From: Candidatus Obscuribacterales bacterium
Lineage (GTDB): Bacteria > Cyanobacteriota > Vampirovibrionia > Obscuribacterales > Obscuribacteraceae
Length of the DNA stretch: 33,009 nt
Direction of reading: 5' to 3'
Assembly: GCA_036703665.1 (NCBI GenBank)
Contig: DATNRD010000099.1
Location: 1-33,009, forward strand
Below the pieces are notes generated by a model, which saw only the letters and a program-made list of their open reading frames with translations, was not told the DNA's origin and made no database searches. The translations under genes were made by a program, and so were the position numbers. This document shows positions 1 to 8,961 of the stretch, piece by piece. Numbering within the stretch: the stretch's first letter is position 1; each line of letters opens with the position of its first letter.

Positions 1-483
1 CGGCATGACGACTCTCGCGGGACGCTGGTTGAGGTTTTCCGCGAAGAATGGCAGAGTGATTTCAGGCCGATCCAGTGGAACGCTGTAACCTCCGAAGTCG
101 GTGTGCTGCGGGGGATTCACGTCCACTTGCGCCATTGGGACTATCTGGTCGTCCTAAAAGGTGCAATGAGCCTGGCAGTGAAGGATCTGCGCCGGAATTC
201 GCCGACATCGGACTTATCAGCGGTTGTGCACCTGGAAAGTGATGATCTGCACGCTGTAATCATTCCCCCGCTTGTCGCGCATGGTTTTTACTTTCACAAG
301 CCTTCCCTGCACATTTACGCCGTTTCGCACTACTGGGATCCCGACGATGAGTTGGGTTGCCACTGGGCAGATCCGGAGCTGAATCTTCCCTGGCAGATCG
401 CACAACCGGTGCTGTCCGAGCGCGACGGGCAATTGCCGGGGCTAAAGACACTGATGGAACAGATCCGCGCAGCCTTTCCATAG
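1..483 (+). CDS. rmlC: dTDP-4-dehydrorhamnose 3,5-epimerase-like cupin (RmlC family); 5-prime end lies outside the window
   Basis: Frame 1 is open from base 1 (RHDDSRGTLVEVFREEW...) and runs into listed ORF 103..483. RmlC-type motifs: H-x-D-x-RG, VLRGIHVH, PPLVAHGF, YWDPDDELGCHWADPELNLPW. Stop TAG at 481-483. Confidence 0.8.
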   Translation, partial: RHDDSRGTLVEVFREEWQSDFRPIQWNAVTSEVGVLRGIHVHLRHWDYLVVLKGAMSLAVKDLRRNSPTSDLSAVVHLESDDLHAVIIPPLVAHGFYFHKPSLHIYAVSHYWDPDDELGCHWADPELNLPWQIAQPVLSERDGQLPGLKTLMEQIRAAFP

Positions 484-484
484 G

Positions 485-1426
485 TCAACACACGGCTGAG
501 GTCGCTCGATCCAGCCCGGCCATCTCTCTCAAGCGGGCAAGCGTGTCGACAATTTTGGCTCCTTCGGCGGCGCTACTGCGCGGCGGCGGCCCGCCATTGA
601 GGTGTTCAACGAAAGCACGCAGCTCTTTCAGCAGGGGAAGCTCTTGCGATATCGGGCGCAGCTCAGGCGCTGGTGCCTCGTTCTTTTCAGGGATGGTCGA
701 GCGAAAGATACGAATCGATTCCGCATAACCGTCCTCGAGAATGGCGATACCATCCCGACAGACTAGCCTGATCTCACGGATGTACCGCGGATAGCGCGCG
801 GAAATCTCCATGACAAACCACGGCCTATCACCGAGAAACGCCACCAGGCTGTGAGCCTTGCCTCCTGACTCTTCCCCTCTGGCGCCGCTCGGCTCTGGGA
901 TGAAGCCCAGGATCTCCAGGCAGATGCTCAAGTCGTGCGGTGCCAGAATCCACAGGCCATCAACATCTTGATGGTTGGTGTTCCACTGGGCTCGGACAGA
1001 TCTCAGCCCTATGACCGGACCCAATTCCCCGGACACCGCGATGTCTCGCAGCGCTTCGACGCCCGCATGGTAGCGCCACTTGTCCATCACAAAGATCAGA
1101 TCCGGAGCCGCTTCGGCCAGGCGTCGCGCGCTGTACGGATCAGCGGTCAGCGGCTTCTCCACGAACACCGGTACGCCCCGGTCCAGCACCGACTCCACAA
1201 CCTGGCCATGCGTGCTGGTGGGGGTGGCCACGACAATTCCCTGCACGTCCGGCAATTCGGCGACCTTCGAGACTATGCGTGAGGCGCCTCCGCTCCTGGC
1301 TCGCTCCAGGCTGTCCTGCGAGGCGGCAACAACCGTTACGTCGCACCCCAGGCTTTTCAGGTCCCTGAGACAATTCGCTCCCCAGCGCCCACACCCGATA
1401 AGAGCTACCCTGGTACCACGCGACAT
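485..1426 (-). CDS. Gfo/Idh/MocA-family NAD(P)-dependent sugar oxidoreductase
   Basis: N-terminal Rossmann motif RVALIGCGRWG and family core VVATPTSTHGQVVESVLDRGVPVFVEKPL. I prefer ATG 1426 because GGTGGGGGGAAG lies 6 nt upstream. The listed ORF extends to GTG 1441, which sits inside that RBS-like run. Confidence 0.85.
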   Translation of the reverse strand: MSRGTRVALIGCGRWGANCLRDLKSLGCDVTVVAASQDSLERARSGGASRIVSKVAELPDVQGIVVATPTSTHGQVVESVLDRGVPVFVEKPLTADPYSARRLAEAAPDLIFVMDKWRYHAGVEALRDIAVSGELGPVIGLRSVRAQWNTNHQDVDGLWILAPHDLSICLEILGFIPEPSGARGEESGGKAHSLVAFLGDRPWFVMEISARYPRYIREIRLVCRDGIAILEDGYAESIRIFRSTIPEKNEAPAPELRPISQELPLLKELRAFVEHLNGGPPPRSSAAEGAKIVDTLARLREMAGLDRATSAVC

Positions 1427-1445
1427 GAGACTTCCCCCCACCTTG

Positions 1446-2561
1446 TTACCTCGTTCCCCGCAACAACAGCCTTCCGGCGTACTTCAGCCCGCTACCCAGA
1501 ACCGGCACCCTGAGCATCTTTTCTCTTATCGTCCACACCGGAGAGCCGATCATAGCAGAGTACCGTCGCTCCAACTCACGGTAGCTTCGCTCCCATTCGC
1601 TCGCGGTGCGCTCTTGCACTTCATGAGAACGCTGCCAGATTTCCAGCTGCTCAGCCTGCATGGCAACGATCTCACGCAGCTCGTCAAGATCAGCAGACTG
1701 GGTACGTATCTTCGCCGGTTGGCGTTCGCCGGCTGATCGACCCGGAATAGGCGCAGGCGACCAGCCGGATATGCTCGCCTTGAACAGAACTGCCTCAGCC
1801 ATCTCGCGTGCAGCTGAACGCACCGCATATTCCAGACAATTCTTGCGCAGTCGTTCACGCTGCGCTGGCTCAAGCAGCCGGGGCAGCCATTCCTCCAGCT
1901 CCAGGCGCCGTTCCCTAGGAGTGTGCTGTATTCTCGAGGGAGCAGGAAACCGCAGGACGGTTGGCAGGAAGCCGCTCCTCGCCCGGCAGTCAGGTACGGC
2001 CAGACACTGGCGCCACATGTACTGGTCGGTAGCTATGTCGCCTGGCGTGGTGTGCCAGCCAAACGGAAGCCGGCGATAAAACTCCAGTGTATGAGCCACA
2101 TAAGACAAGCCAAACCGCCCTGTGTAGCCCTGGGCTATGACATGATAATTCGATTCCTGTTGGAGGTCCACTGCCAGAATTCGAAATTCACCGTTATCGT
2201 ATACCAGTGGCAGCGCGTTGACAAAGTCGGCTCCGTGCAACAAAGACCGCATGTACTCTACGTGATCCGGGAAATAGAGGTCGTCATCCGACAGATAGCA
2301 AACGATATCACCGCGCGCTTCCTGCAAGGCCTGGTGCCGATACGGCTCGCCGTGACGAGGGCTTTTCGGGTTATCGAAAAAGCGTATACGCGGGTCGGCA
2401 GACAACTCGCCGACGATACTACGGGTGGCCTCCGGCACACCGTCGCCGATTATGAAGATCTCCACGTTGCGCACGGTCTGCAATTGAGCCGATCTCACCG
2501 ATACATATAAAGTGTCGGCATGATCGAAAGTGGGAATGACGATCGTCGCCTCAGGCTTCAC
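1446..2561 (-). CDS. Family 2 glycosyltransferase with C-terminal coiled-coil tail
   Basis: GT2 signature ATIVIPTFDHADTLYVSVRSAQLQT...IFIIGDG...YLSDDDLYFPDH. GTG 2561 is preceded by GAGGAG with a 7-nt spacer. The listed ORF start at 2636 would overlap the upstream GNAT gene by 86 nt. Confidence 0.85.
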   Translation of the reverse strand: MKPEATIVIPTFDHADTLYVSVRSAQLQTVRNVEIFIIGDGVPEATRSIVGELSADPRIRFFDNPKSPRHGEPYRHQALQEARGDIVCYLSDDDLYFPDHVEYMRSLLHGADFVNALPLVYDNGEFRILAVDLQQESNYHVIAQGYTGRFGLSYVAHTLEFYRRLPFGWHTTPGDIATDQYMWRQCLAVPDCRARSGFLPTVLRFPAPSRIQHTPRERRLELEEWLPRLLEPAQRERLRKNCLEYAVRSAAREMAEAVLFKASISGWSPAPIPGRSAGERQPAKIRTQSADLDELREIVAMQAEQLEIWQRSHEVQERTASEWERSYRELERRYSAMIGSPVWTIREKMLRVPVLGSGLKYAGRLLLRGTR

Positions 2562-3132
2562 TGACAGGCTCCTCAATGTAACCGCCGTGCAGGCAAGAGA
2601 TCGGTCCGGCTGATTGCCTCGTCTTGGCCGGATCAAGAACCATTTTGATCAGACCATCGTGCGCACCACGCTCGGTAAAACCGAGTTGTTCGTACAGCCT
2701 GATCGCACGCTCGTTCTCTTCCTTTACCTCCAGGCAGAAGCGCTTGATGCCATAGATCGAATGCCAATGAGCCAGCAATAGCAACGAAGCTTCACGAGCG
2801 TAACCCTTCCCGAGGGCTGCCGGCTCACCTATCAGCAGCCTCCCAAACTCCGCCTCCCCCCTGTCCCAGTTTATGTTGTATATGCTCACTTGCCCAACAG
2901 GAAGATGCGAGCACTCGATTTCATCAATTACGTAAACATAATCGTCCGCCTTCGATAAGTATTGCGAAAACCATGCCGAGTGCGACTCTGGGGAAATCTC
3001 AGCGCTGGACTTGAAAAACGTGCGCACGCGCTCCTGATTACGCCAGCGTAACGTATCGGACAGATCGCGCTGCTCCAGTGGGCGCAATCTCACCCGTTCG
3101 CCGGTGATCGAACTGACCGCTATTTTGCTCAA
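2551..3132 (-). CDS. GNAT-family N-acetyltransferase (RimJ/RimL-like), probable amino-sugar N-acetyltransferase
   Basis: GERVRLRPLEQRDLSDTLRWRNQ... N-terminus and acetyl-CoA motif region GKGYAREASLLLLAHW, NERAIRLYEQLGF. The only possible start is TTG 3132-3130, which overlaps the TGA (3131-3129) of the upstream aminotransferase. Confidence 0.8.
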   Translation of the reverse strand: MSKIAVSSITGERVRLRPLEQRDLSDTLRWRNQERVRTFFKSSAEISPESHSAWFSQYLSKADDYVYVIDEIECSHLPVGQVSIYNINWDRGEAEFGRLLIGEPAALGKGYAREASLLLLAHWHSIYGIKRFCLEVKEENERAIRLYEQLGFTERGAHDGLIKMVLDPAKTRQSAGPISCLHGGYIEEPVSEA

Positions 3133-4283
3133 CTCAACCCCTTTGCCAGGCGGGTACGGGCTACGGCCTTCGCCACACCGTTACATACTCTCCCTACATC
3201 GGCATGGGTCAGCCCCAGATGCATGGGCAAGGAAATCAAACGCTGGCTGGCGTTCGCCGCCCGAGGGCAAGTAGATAGTTGCTCGGCGTACATGGGATAT
3301 TCTCGATTGTCCCGGTAGTGCACACCCGGATAAATGAGTTCCTCGTTTAACGCGAGCATCACTTCGTCCCTCCGGTCGACCAGTATCTGATACAGGTGCC
3401 GTGAGGGCTCGCATTCCGGACTGACCGGCACGGTCTCCACGCCTTCCTTCAATAGAGCCTGATCGTACCAGGCAGCTATCTGACGGCGATAAGCGTTATC
3501 CTGGTCCAAATAGCGGAGCCCGACCAAGCCCAGAGCCGCCATGATCGAATTTCCGTGGTACTTGAAGCCGACTTGCTCCACGTCGTAGTGCCACTTGTAC
3601 CCACCCAGAGATGAAGAACGTGAAAAGGTGTCCTTACTGATTCCAAGCCAGCTCAGCCGGCGGGCGAGATCGTCGGCGCGTTTTTCTTGAAAGCACAGCA
3701 TGCCACCATCTGCGGTGGGGAGATTCTTGACCGAGTGAAAACTAAACACCGACACGTCCGCCTCTGCGCCAACGTGCCTGCCCTTCATTCTCGTACCGGT
3801 CATGTGAGCGGCATCGAGGATGAGTCGGAGGCCCCTTTCCTTGCAGATTGCCGCGACCTCCGCCAACCTGCCTGCATTTCCGCCAAACCCCACGAACATG
3901 ACGGCCCTCGTGCGCTGGTTCAGGCGATCAACTATTGAGTGCGGGTCCAGGCAGAGATACTCATCGATATCAGCAAAGACCGGCTTGAGACCTTCGTAGA
4001 GGATGGCATGATTGGTCGCGACAAAGGTAAGCGGCGTTGTAATAACTTCGTCTCCGTCACTCCAGTGATCGAGATGCTTGAACACCCGCAAGGCAAGATG
4101 CAATCCTGCTGTGGCCGAATTAACGAAGTGGGCGTGCGGCAACTCCGTATACTCAGTCCAGGCTCGCTCGAACTCGGTCGTCTTGAACCCCAGTCCGGTC
4201 CACCCGGACTCCAGGCACTCGCGGATCTGCTCCAGGCACTCCTCGACACGGTAAGTGGGCAAAAACAGGTGGATGGGCTTCAT
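3129..4283 (-). CDS. DegT/DnrJ/EryC1/StrS-family PLP-dependent sugar aminotransferase
   Basis: Family-typical N-terminus and SATAGLHLAL motif. PLP-lysine motif is FSFHSVKNLPTADGGML. ATG at 4283-4281. Confidence 0.9.
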   Translation of the reverse strand: MKPIHLFLPTYRVEECLEQIRECLESGWTGLGFKTTEFERAWTEYTELPHAHFVNSATAGLHLALRVFKHLDHWSDGDEVITTPLTFVATNHAILYEGLKPVFADIDEYLCLDPHSIVDRLNQRTRAVMFVGFGGNAGRLAEVAAICKERGLRLILDAAHMTGTRMKGRHVGAEADVSVFSFHSVKNLPTADGGMLCFQEKRADDLARRLSWLGISKDTFSRSSSLGGYKWHYDVEQVGFKYHGNSIMAALGLVGLRYLDQDNAYRRQIAAWYDQALLKEGVETVPVSPECEPSRHLYQILVDRRDEVMLALNEELIYPGVHYRDNREYPMYAEQLSTCPRAANASQRLISLPMHLGLTHADVGRVCNGVAKAVARTRLAKGLS

Positions 4284-4289
4284 TGTCTG

Positions 4290-5642
4290 TCAGTCGATTG
4301 AGGAAGAGCGACCAGGCGATGCATCACAGTTCTCTGCCACCCCGTGATGCGGGTTTTCGCCGCGCTTAAGACGCCCGATGACGGCACTGGCGTTGCGGCC
4401 ACTGTCGGGGCAGCATTGTTCTAGCGGCTGTGAGTCTTTGAAGCGTGCGACGGCTCGCTTGAGTTCCCGCAATGGCCTGGTTAATTGCCAGGATTTGCTG
4501 CGCATAAGCATGTGATAGCGCTCGTCGAGCGACCAGTATGCGCTGTTCAACTGCCTGATGCGCTCCGTGGGATCACAGGGAACTGTTCCCATGCCCTCCA
4601 GGTTCATCCGTTGAGCATCGAGCTCGGCAACGCAGTAGTTGGCATAGAATGCAGTACCCAGAAAGGCCAGCGTGCTCCGATCGTTTCTGATAAGCTCGGC
4701 CGGCAGACCGGTCTTTGCCATAAGGTGCTCAAACTCGGGAATTGCTTGCTCGAGTAGCAGGTTCGTGTACTCGACCAGGCGGTCTATGGCCGCAATCCGA
4801 ACATAGTGTTGGAGCACGAGAACAGCAATCTGCAGGCGCTCCTCCGGAGTAAGCTCGAACGGCACGTCCGCTACGGAATATTGCCCATTGGCAATCATGT
4901 CAGGCGCCAACAAATGGTCACGAGAAACGGCCCTGTACTTTTCCATAAGAGGCAGGAAGAGAAGGTGAGAGCGCCCGAGCGAATCGCTCAGGAGAGAGCC
5001 GAACTCTTCGGCTACGATTTCGGGGATAAAGAGCGCCGGAAAGCGCTGCAAGATGCGAATCCACAAGTCCCAATCGCAACTACGCTTGAGGATTATGTGC
5101 GGGTCATACCAACCGACCTCCGATATGACCCATCGCGGCAGCATCACGGCAGGGTTGCCGATGCAGTTTCTTTCCAGCAGTCTTTCCACCGTCGCCGGGC
5201 TTCCCAACAAGTCAGTGCCGCTAGGAAAGTGCATCAGCGTCTGGCCGTAAACCATTCCCAGTCCGGGTTCGCTTAACAGCCCATCCAACAGGGTCGCAAT
5301 GTGGTTAGGGAGGAACATGGAATCATCGAAGATGAATGCCAGGTAATCGCCCCGCGAGCGCAGGAACGCGTGCGCCAGGGTGCAGGCCGGCAATCCGACA
5401 TTCCTGTCGAAGCGGACGTGCTGTATGCGCGGATCAGCTGCAGCAAGTCTCTGGACATATTCCGCCGTGCCGTCCGTCGAAGCGTCATCGGCTACCAACA
5501 ACTCCCAGTTCTGGTACGTTTGATTCAATACGCTGTCGATCGCACGCTGGAGATAGCCCGACCGAAATCGGGCGTGCGTCGGCAGCAGGATGGAGACTAA
5601 CGGCTCGTTCACGGTAATCGGATCTGGCTGCCCGCCGTTCAA
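4290..5642 (-). CDS. Family 2 glycosyltransferase with about 200-aa C-terminal extension
   Basis: LVSILLPTHARFRSGYLQRAIDSVLNQTYQNWELLVADDASTDGT...IFDDSMFLPNH. The listed start is TTG 5642; GTG 5612 is an alternative. The stop lies 6 nt before the aminotransferase ATG. Confidence 0.85.
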   Translation of the reverse strand: MNGGQPDPITVNEPLVSILLPTHARFRSGYLQRAIDSVLNQTYQNWELLVADDASTDGTAEYVQRLAAADPRIQHVRFDRNVGLPACTLAHAFLRSRGDYLAFIFDDSMFLPNHIATLLDGLLSEPGLGMVYGQTLMHFPSGTDLLGSPATVERLLERNCIGNPAVMLPRWVISEVGWYDPHIILKRSCDWDLWIRILQRFPALFIPEIVAEEFGSLLSDSLGRSHLLFLPLMEKYRAVSRDHLLAPDMIANGQYSVADVPFELTPEERLQIAVLVLQHYVRIAAIDRLVEYTNLLLEQAIPEFEHLMAKTGLPAELIRNDRSTLAFLGTAFYANYCVAELDAQRMNLEGMGTVPCDPTERIRQLNSAYWSLDERYHMLMRSKSWQLTRPLRELKRAVARFKDSQPLEQCCPDSGRNASAVIGRLKRGENPHHGVAENCDASPGRSSSID

Positions 5643-5700
5643 TACATGGCGGTCAACTTTGCAACCAGTCGTATATTAGACCGGGCAGCGGCAGGAGGAA

Positions 5701-6102
<402 letters not shown>

Positions 6103-6141
6103 CTAAAGAGGCTCGGGCGGAACAGGATTTCTGGGCACCAG

Positions 6142-6540
6142 CTACTCCTTGATGAACGACACTACAATCTCGCGCCGCCGCGGGCCGTCCAACTCGACGA
6201 GCACTACGCGCTGCCAGGTCCCCAGAACCAGCTCACCCTTGTCGACCGGTAGGAGCACTGCCGGCCCGATGAGCGTCGACATGATGTGATCCCCGACGTG
6301 AGCCGGGTTATGCGGATGCCTGTACTTGAGCTTCGGAATCATGTGCTCGAAAGCGTCAAGCATATCGAGGTCAGTGCCTGGATCGAGATCGGCTGTGGTG
6401 ATGGCAGCCGTTGTATGCAACGCGAAAACGTGACACAAACCAGCCTCCGCTTTGCGCTCGCGCAGCAGCGAATTGACCTGGTCAGTTATATCGACGATCT
6501 CTTTCTTGTGCTGGGTAACTACCGTTGCCTTGCGACTCAT
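6142..6540 (-). CDS. yjbQ: YjbQ/UPF0047-family protein (secondary thiamine-phosphate synthase family)
   Basis: Family signature LCHVFALHTTAAITTADLDPGTDLDM...HPHNPAHVGDH...LVLGTWQRVVLVELDGPRRR. AGGAGG lies 7 nt upstream of ATG 6540. Confidence 0.85.
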   Translation of the reverse strand: MSRKATVVTQHKKEIVDITDQVNSLLRERKAEAGLCHVFALHTTAAITTADLDPGTDLDMLDAFEHMIPKLKYRHPHNPAHVGDHIMSTLIGPAVLLPVDKGELVLGTWQRVVLVELDGPRRREIVVSFIKE

Positions 6541-6784
6541 GCCACGGCCTCCTGCGGCAAAACGTCCGGAACCAATTCTCGCACGTCATCGAGCGGAAGA
6601 ATCGGCGGACAGGCGGGGGTGGGCGGGCCACGCCCCTACGATTGCTTCGGTAAAGACGGCACTGGTTCACGACGCTCATGGCAGGGGCGGCTGGCAAGCC
6701 GCCCACGGTAAGGCAGATGAGTGGACCGTCGGGCGCGCTGCCGTGAGCAGCTGCCGAAAACGCACATTCCAGGAGACGAATACA

Positions 6785-6856
6785 CTGGGGCGCAAGGATT
6801 CGAACCTTGGAATGCCTGATCCAGAGTCAGGTGCCTTACCGCTTGGCTACGCCCCA
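6785..6856 (-). tRNA. tRNA-Gln (anticodon CTG)
   Basis: The reverse complement reads TGGGGCGTAGCCAAGCGGTAAGGCACCTGACTCTGGATCAGGCATTCCAAGGTTCGAATCCTTGCGCCCCAG. It has a 7-bp acceptor stem, anticodon stem CCTGA/TCAGG with loop CTCTGGA, a GGTTCGAATCC T-arm and discriminator G. It is close to E. coli tRNA-Gln as I recall it. CCA is not encoded. Confidence 0.93.
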
Positions 6857-6912
6857 ATAAGTCCGTTTATCGATTCTATGCAAATGCTGGCGCGGCTGTC
6901 AAATTTCTCCCA

Positions 6913-8655
6913 CTATCTTTTCTGGGCGCGCGCCCACGAATCCTTAAGAGAGACGATGCGGTTGAACACCAGCGAGCCGGGCTTGCTGTCCTTAACATCA
7001 GCCACGAAATACCCTTGTCGTTCAAACTGGAAACGCTCACCCGGCTTTGCCTCTCCCAGACTCCTCTCCAGTTTGCAACCGGTTAAGACCTTAAGGGAGT
7101 TGGGATTGATCGCCTTGAGAAAGTCGCTGTCCTTTCCCGTGGGCGGAGCCTCTTCAGAAAGCAGGCGATCGTACAGCCTCACCTCGGCATCGACTGCGTG
7201 GCGGGCACTCACCCAGTGAATCGTTCCCTTCACCTTACGCCCGGTCGTCCCGCTGCCCGACCTGGTTTCCGGGTCATAGGTGCAGCGCACCTCAGTTACC
7301 TCTCCCGCCGCATCTTTAATCACATCGGTGCATGTAATGCAGTAAGCGTGCCGCAACCGCACCTCCTTGCCCGGCGCCAGCCTGTAATAGTCCTTGGGCG
7401 GATCGAGCATGAAGTCATCGCGTTCGATGAAAATCTCCCGGCAGAACGGCACCTTACGTGTGCCTTCTTTAGGAACATCATGCGGCCAGTAGGAGGCGTC
7501 CAGCTCCTCCACCTGGTTTTCCGGATAGTTCTCAATGACTACTTTCAGCGGCTTCAACACTGCCAGCACTCGAGGCGCCTTCTGATTGAGATCGTCGCGG
7601 GCATGAAACTCGAGCTGCGCCATGTCCACGGTGCTGTTGGCTTTCGCCACCCCCACGCTGGCACAAAAGGCACGGATGCTCTCCGGCGTGTAGCCACGGC
7701 GGCGCAGTCCGGCAATCGTGGGCAGCCTTGGGTCATCCCAGCCGCTGACGTAGTTGCCTTCGACCAGCTCCAGCAGACGGCGCTTGCTCATAACGGTGTA
7801 ATTCAGGCTCAACCGCGCAAACTCGTACTGACGCGGCCGGCTGGGAAATTTCGCATAGTCTATGAGATTGTCGATCACCCAGTCGTACAACTCGCGGTTG
7901 TTCTCGAACTCAAGAGTGCAGATACTGTGCGTGATACCCTCGATTGCATCCGAAATCGGGTGAGCATAATCGTACATAGGGTAGATGCACCAGCTGTCGC
8001 CGGTCATGTAGTGAGACACGTGGCGGATGCGGTATAGAAGTGGATCACGCATCTTCATGTTGGCGCTGGCCATGTCAATCTTCGCGCGCAGTACGTGCTC
8101 GCCGTCCTTGAATTCTCCGCGGCGCATGCGGCGGAACAAATCGAGATTCTCTTCGACGCTGCGCTGGCGGTACGGGCTGTTCTTGCCGGGCGTCGTCACC
8201 GTGCCGCGATACTGTTTGATTTCCTCGTCGCTCAGGCTGCACACGTAAGCCTTTTCAGCGGTGATCAGGTGCTCGGCGTACTCGTACATCTTCTCGAAGT
8301 AGTCGCTGGCGTGATAGAGCCCGTCCCAGTTGAAGCCCAGCCAGTGCACGTCTTCCTTGATGGCTTCCTCGTACAGCGTGTCTTCTTTGGTGGGATCCGT
8401 GTCATCGAACCGCAAGTGGCAGCGTGTCCCGCTGCCTGGAAGCCTCTCGCGGTACTCCAGCGCCAGCCCGAAATTGAGGCAGATCGACTTGGCGTGCCCG
8501 ATGTGCAAAAACCCGTTCGGCTCTGGCGGGAAGCGCGTGATTACTTTCTGATGCCGCCCCGCTTCCAGGTCGCTGTCAATGATGTCCCTGATAAAATCGC
8601 CTGGCTTTGCCGGTGCCGACACGGAGGAATCCGCGGTTAACTGCTTGTCTGCCAT
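6913..8655 (-). CDS. glnS: Glutaminyl-tRNA synthetase
   Basis: [45 protein letters not shown] contains the HIGH motif. VMSKR is the KMSKS-type motif. Length and C-terminal anticodon-binding region are typical of GlnRS. I prefer ATG 8655 (MADKQL...); the listed ORF extends to 8706. Confidence 0.95.
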   Translation of the reverse strand: MADKQLTADSSVSAPAKPGDFIRDIIDSDLEAGRHQKVITRFPPEPNGFLHIGHAKSICLNFGLALEYRERLPGSGTRCHLRFDDTDPTKEDTLYEEAIKEDVHWLGFNWDGLYHASDYFEKMYEYAEHLITAEKAYVCSLSDEEIKQYRGTVTTPGKNSPYRQRSVEENLDLFRRMRRGEFKDGEHVLRAKIDMASANMKMRDPLLYRIRHVSHYMTGDSWCIYPMYDYAHPISDAIEGITHSICTLEFENNRELYDWVIDNLIDYAKFPSRPRQYEFARLSLNYTVMSKRRLLELVEGNYVSGWDDPRLPTIAGLRRRGYTPESIRAFCASVGVAKANSTVDMAQLEFHARDDLNQKAPRVLAVLKPLKVVIENYPENQVEELDASYWPHDVPKEGTRKVPFCREIFIERDDFMLDPPKDYYRLAPGKEVRLRHAYCITCTDVIKDAAGEVTEVRCTYDPETRSGSGTTGRKVKGTIHWVSARHAVDAEVRLYDRLLSEEAPPTGKDSDFLKAINPNSLKVLTGCKLERSLGEAKPGERFQFERQGYFVADVKDSKPGSLVFNRIVSLKDSWARAQKR

Positions 8656-8843
8656 AACAAATACTCTGCTTCTGTGAAGACAATATTTTACTCTACCCGG
8701 GAGCATCTCGCCGCTGGCGCCGCTTCCATGGCTTCATGGGAGACGGTGTCGAAAGCAGGTGGATGAGTCCGAATTAGTCTGAAGGCAGGGATGCCCGTGC
8801 TGGTATGCCATTCAGCCAGTCTCTCATAGTATCAAACCGATCT

Positions 8844-8865
8844 GCCGGGCCTGGCGGCAGGCCCG
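8844..8865 (-). terminator. Perfect 9-bp GC-rich hairpin downstream of the TPR gene; possible intrinsic terminator
   Basis: CCGGGCCTG-gcgg-CAGGCCCGG. On the minus strand it is followed by cagatcgGTTTGat, a weak U-tract. It lies between the TPR stop (8962) and the glnS start (8655). Confidence 0.3.
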
Positions 8866-8961
8866 GTATCGCCTGACCCACGAGCCTTTCGAGCGCCTGC
8901 GCCGTGCGCGCGCTGGCAGCTTTTGTCGCAGCCAAACGCCGGGCGGGGAACCCCGGTGGCA

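Noticed and set aside
6541-6784. Possible TPP riboswitch upstream of the thiamine-related yjbQ gene
   Set aside because: I read both strands and found no CTGAGA / ACCTGATCTGGATAATGCCAGCG-like core. Only generic GC hairpins are present.
6452-7219. 255-aa plus-strand ORF
   Set aside because: It runs straight across the tRNA-Gln gene and into the antisense of glnS, so it cannot be a real CDS.
7198-8037. 279-aa plus-strand ORF
   Set aside because: It is antisense to glnS, whose identity is unambiguous. It has no motif and an antisense-type composition.
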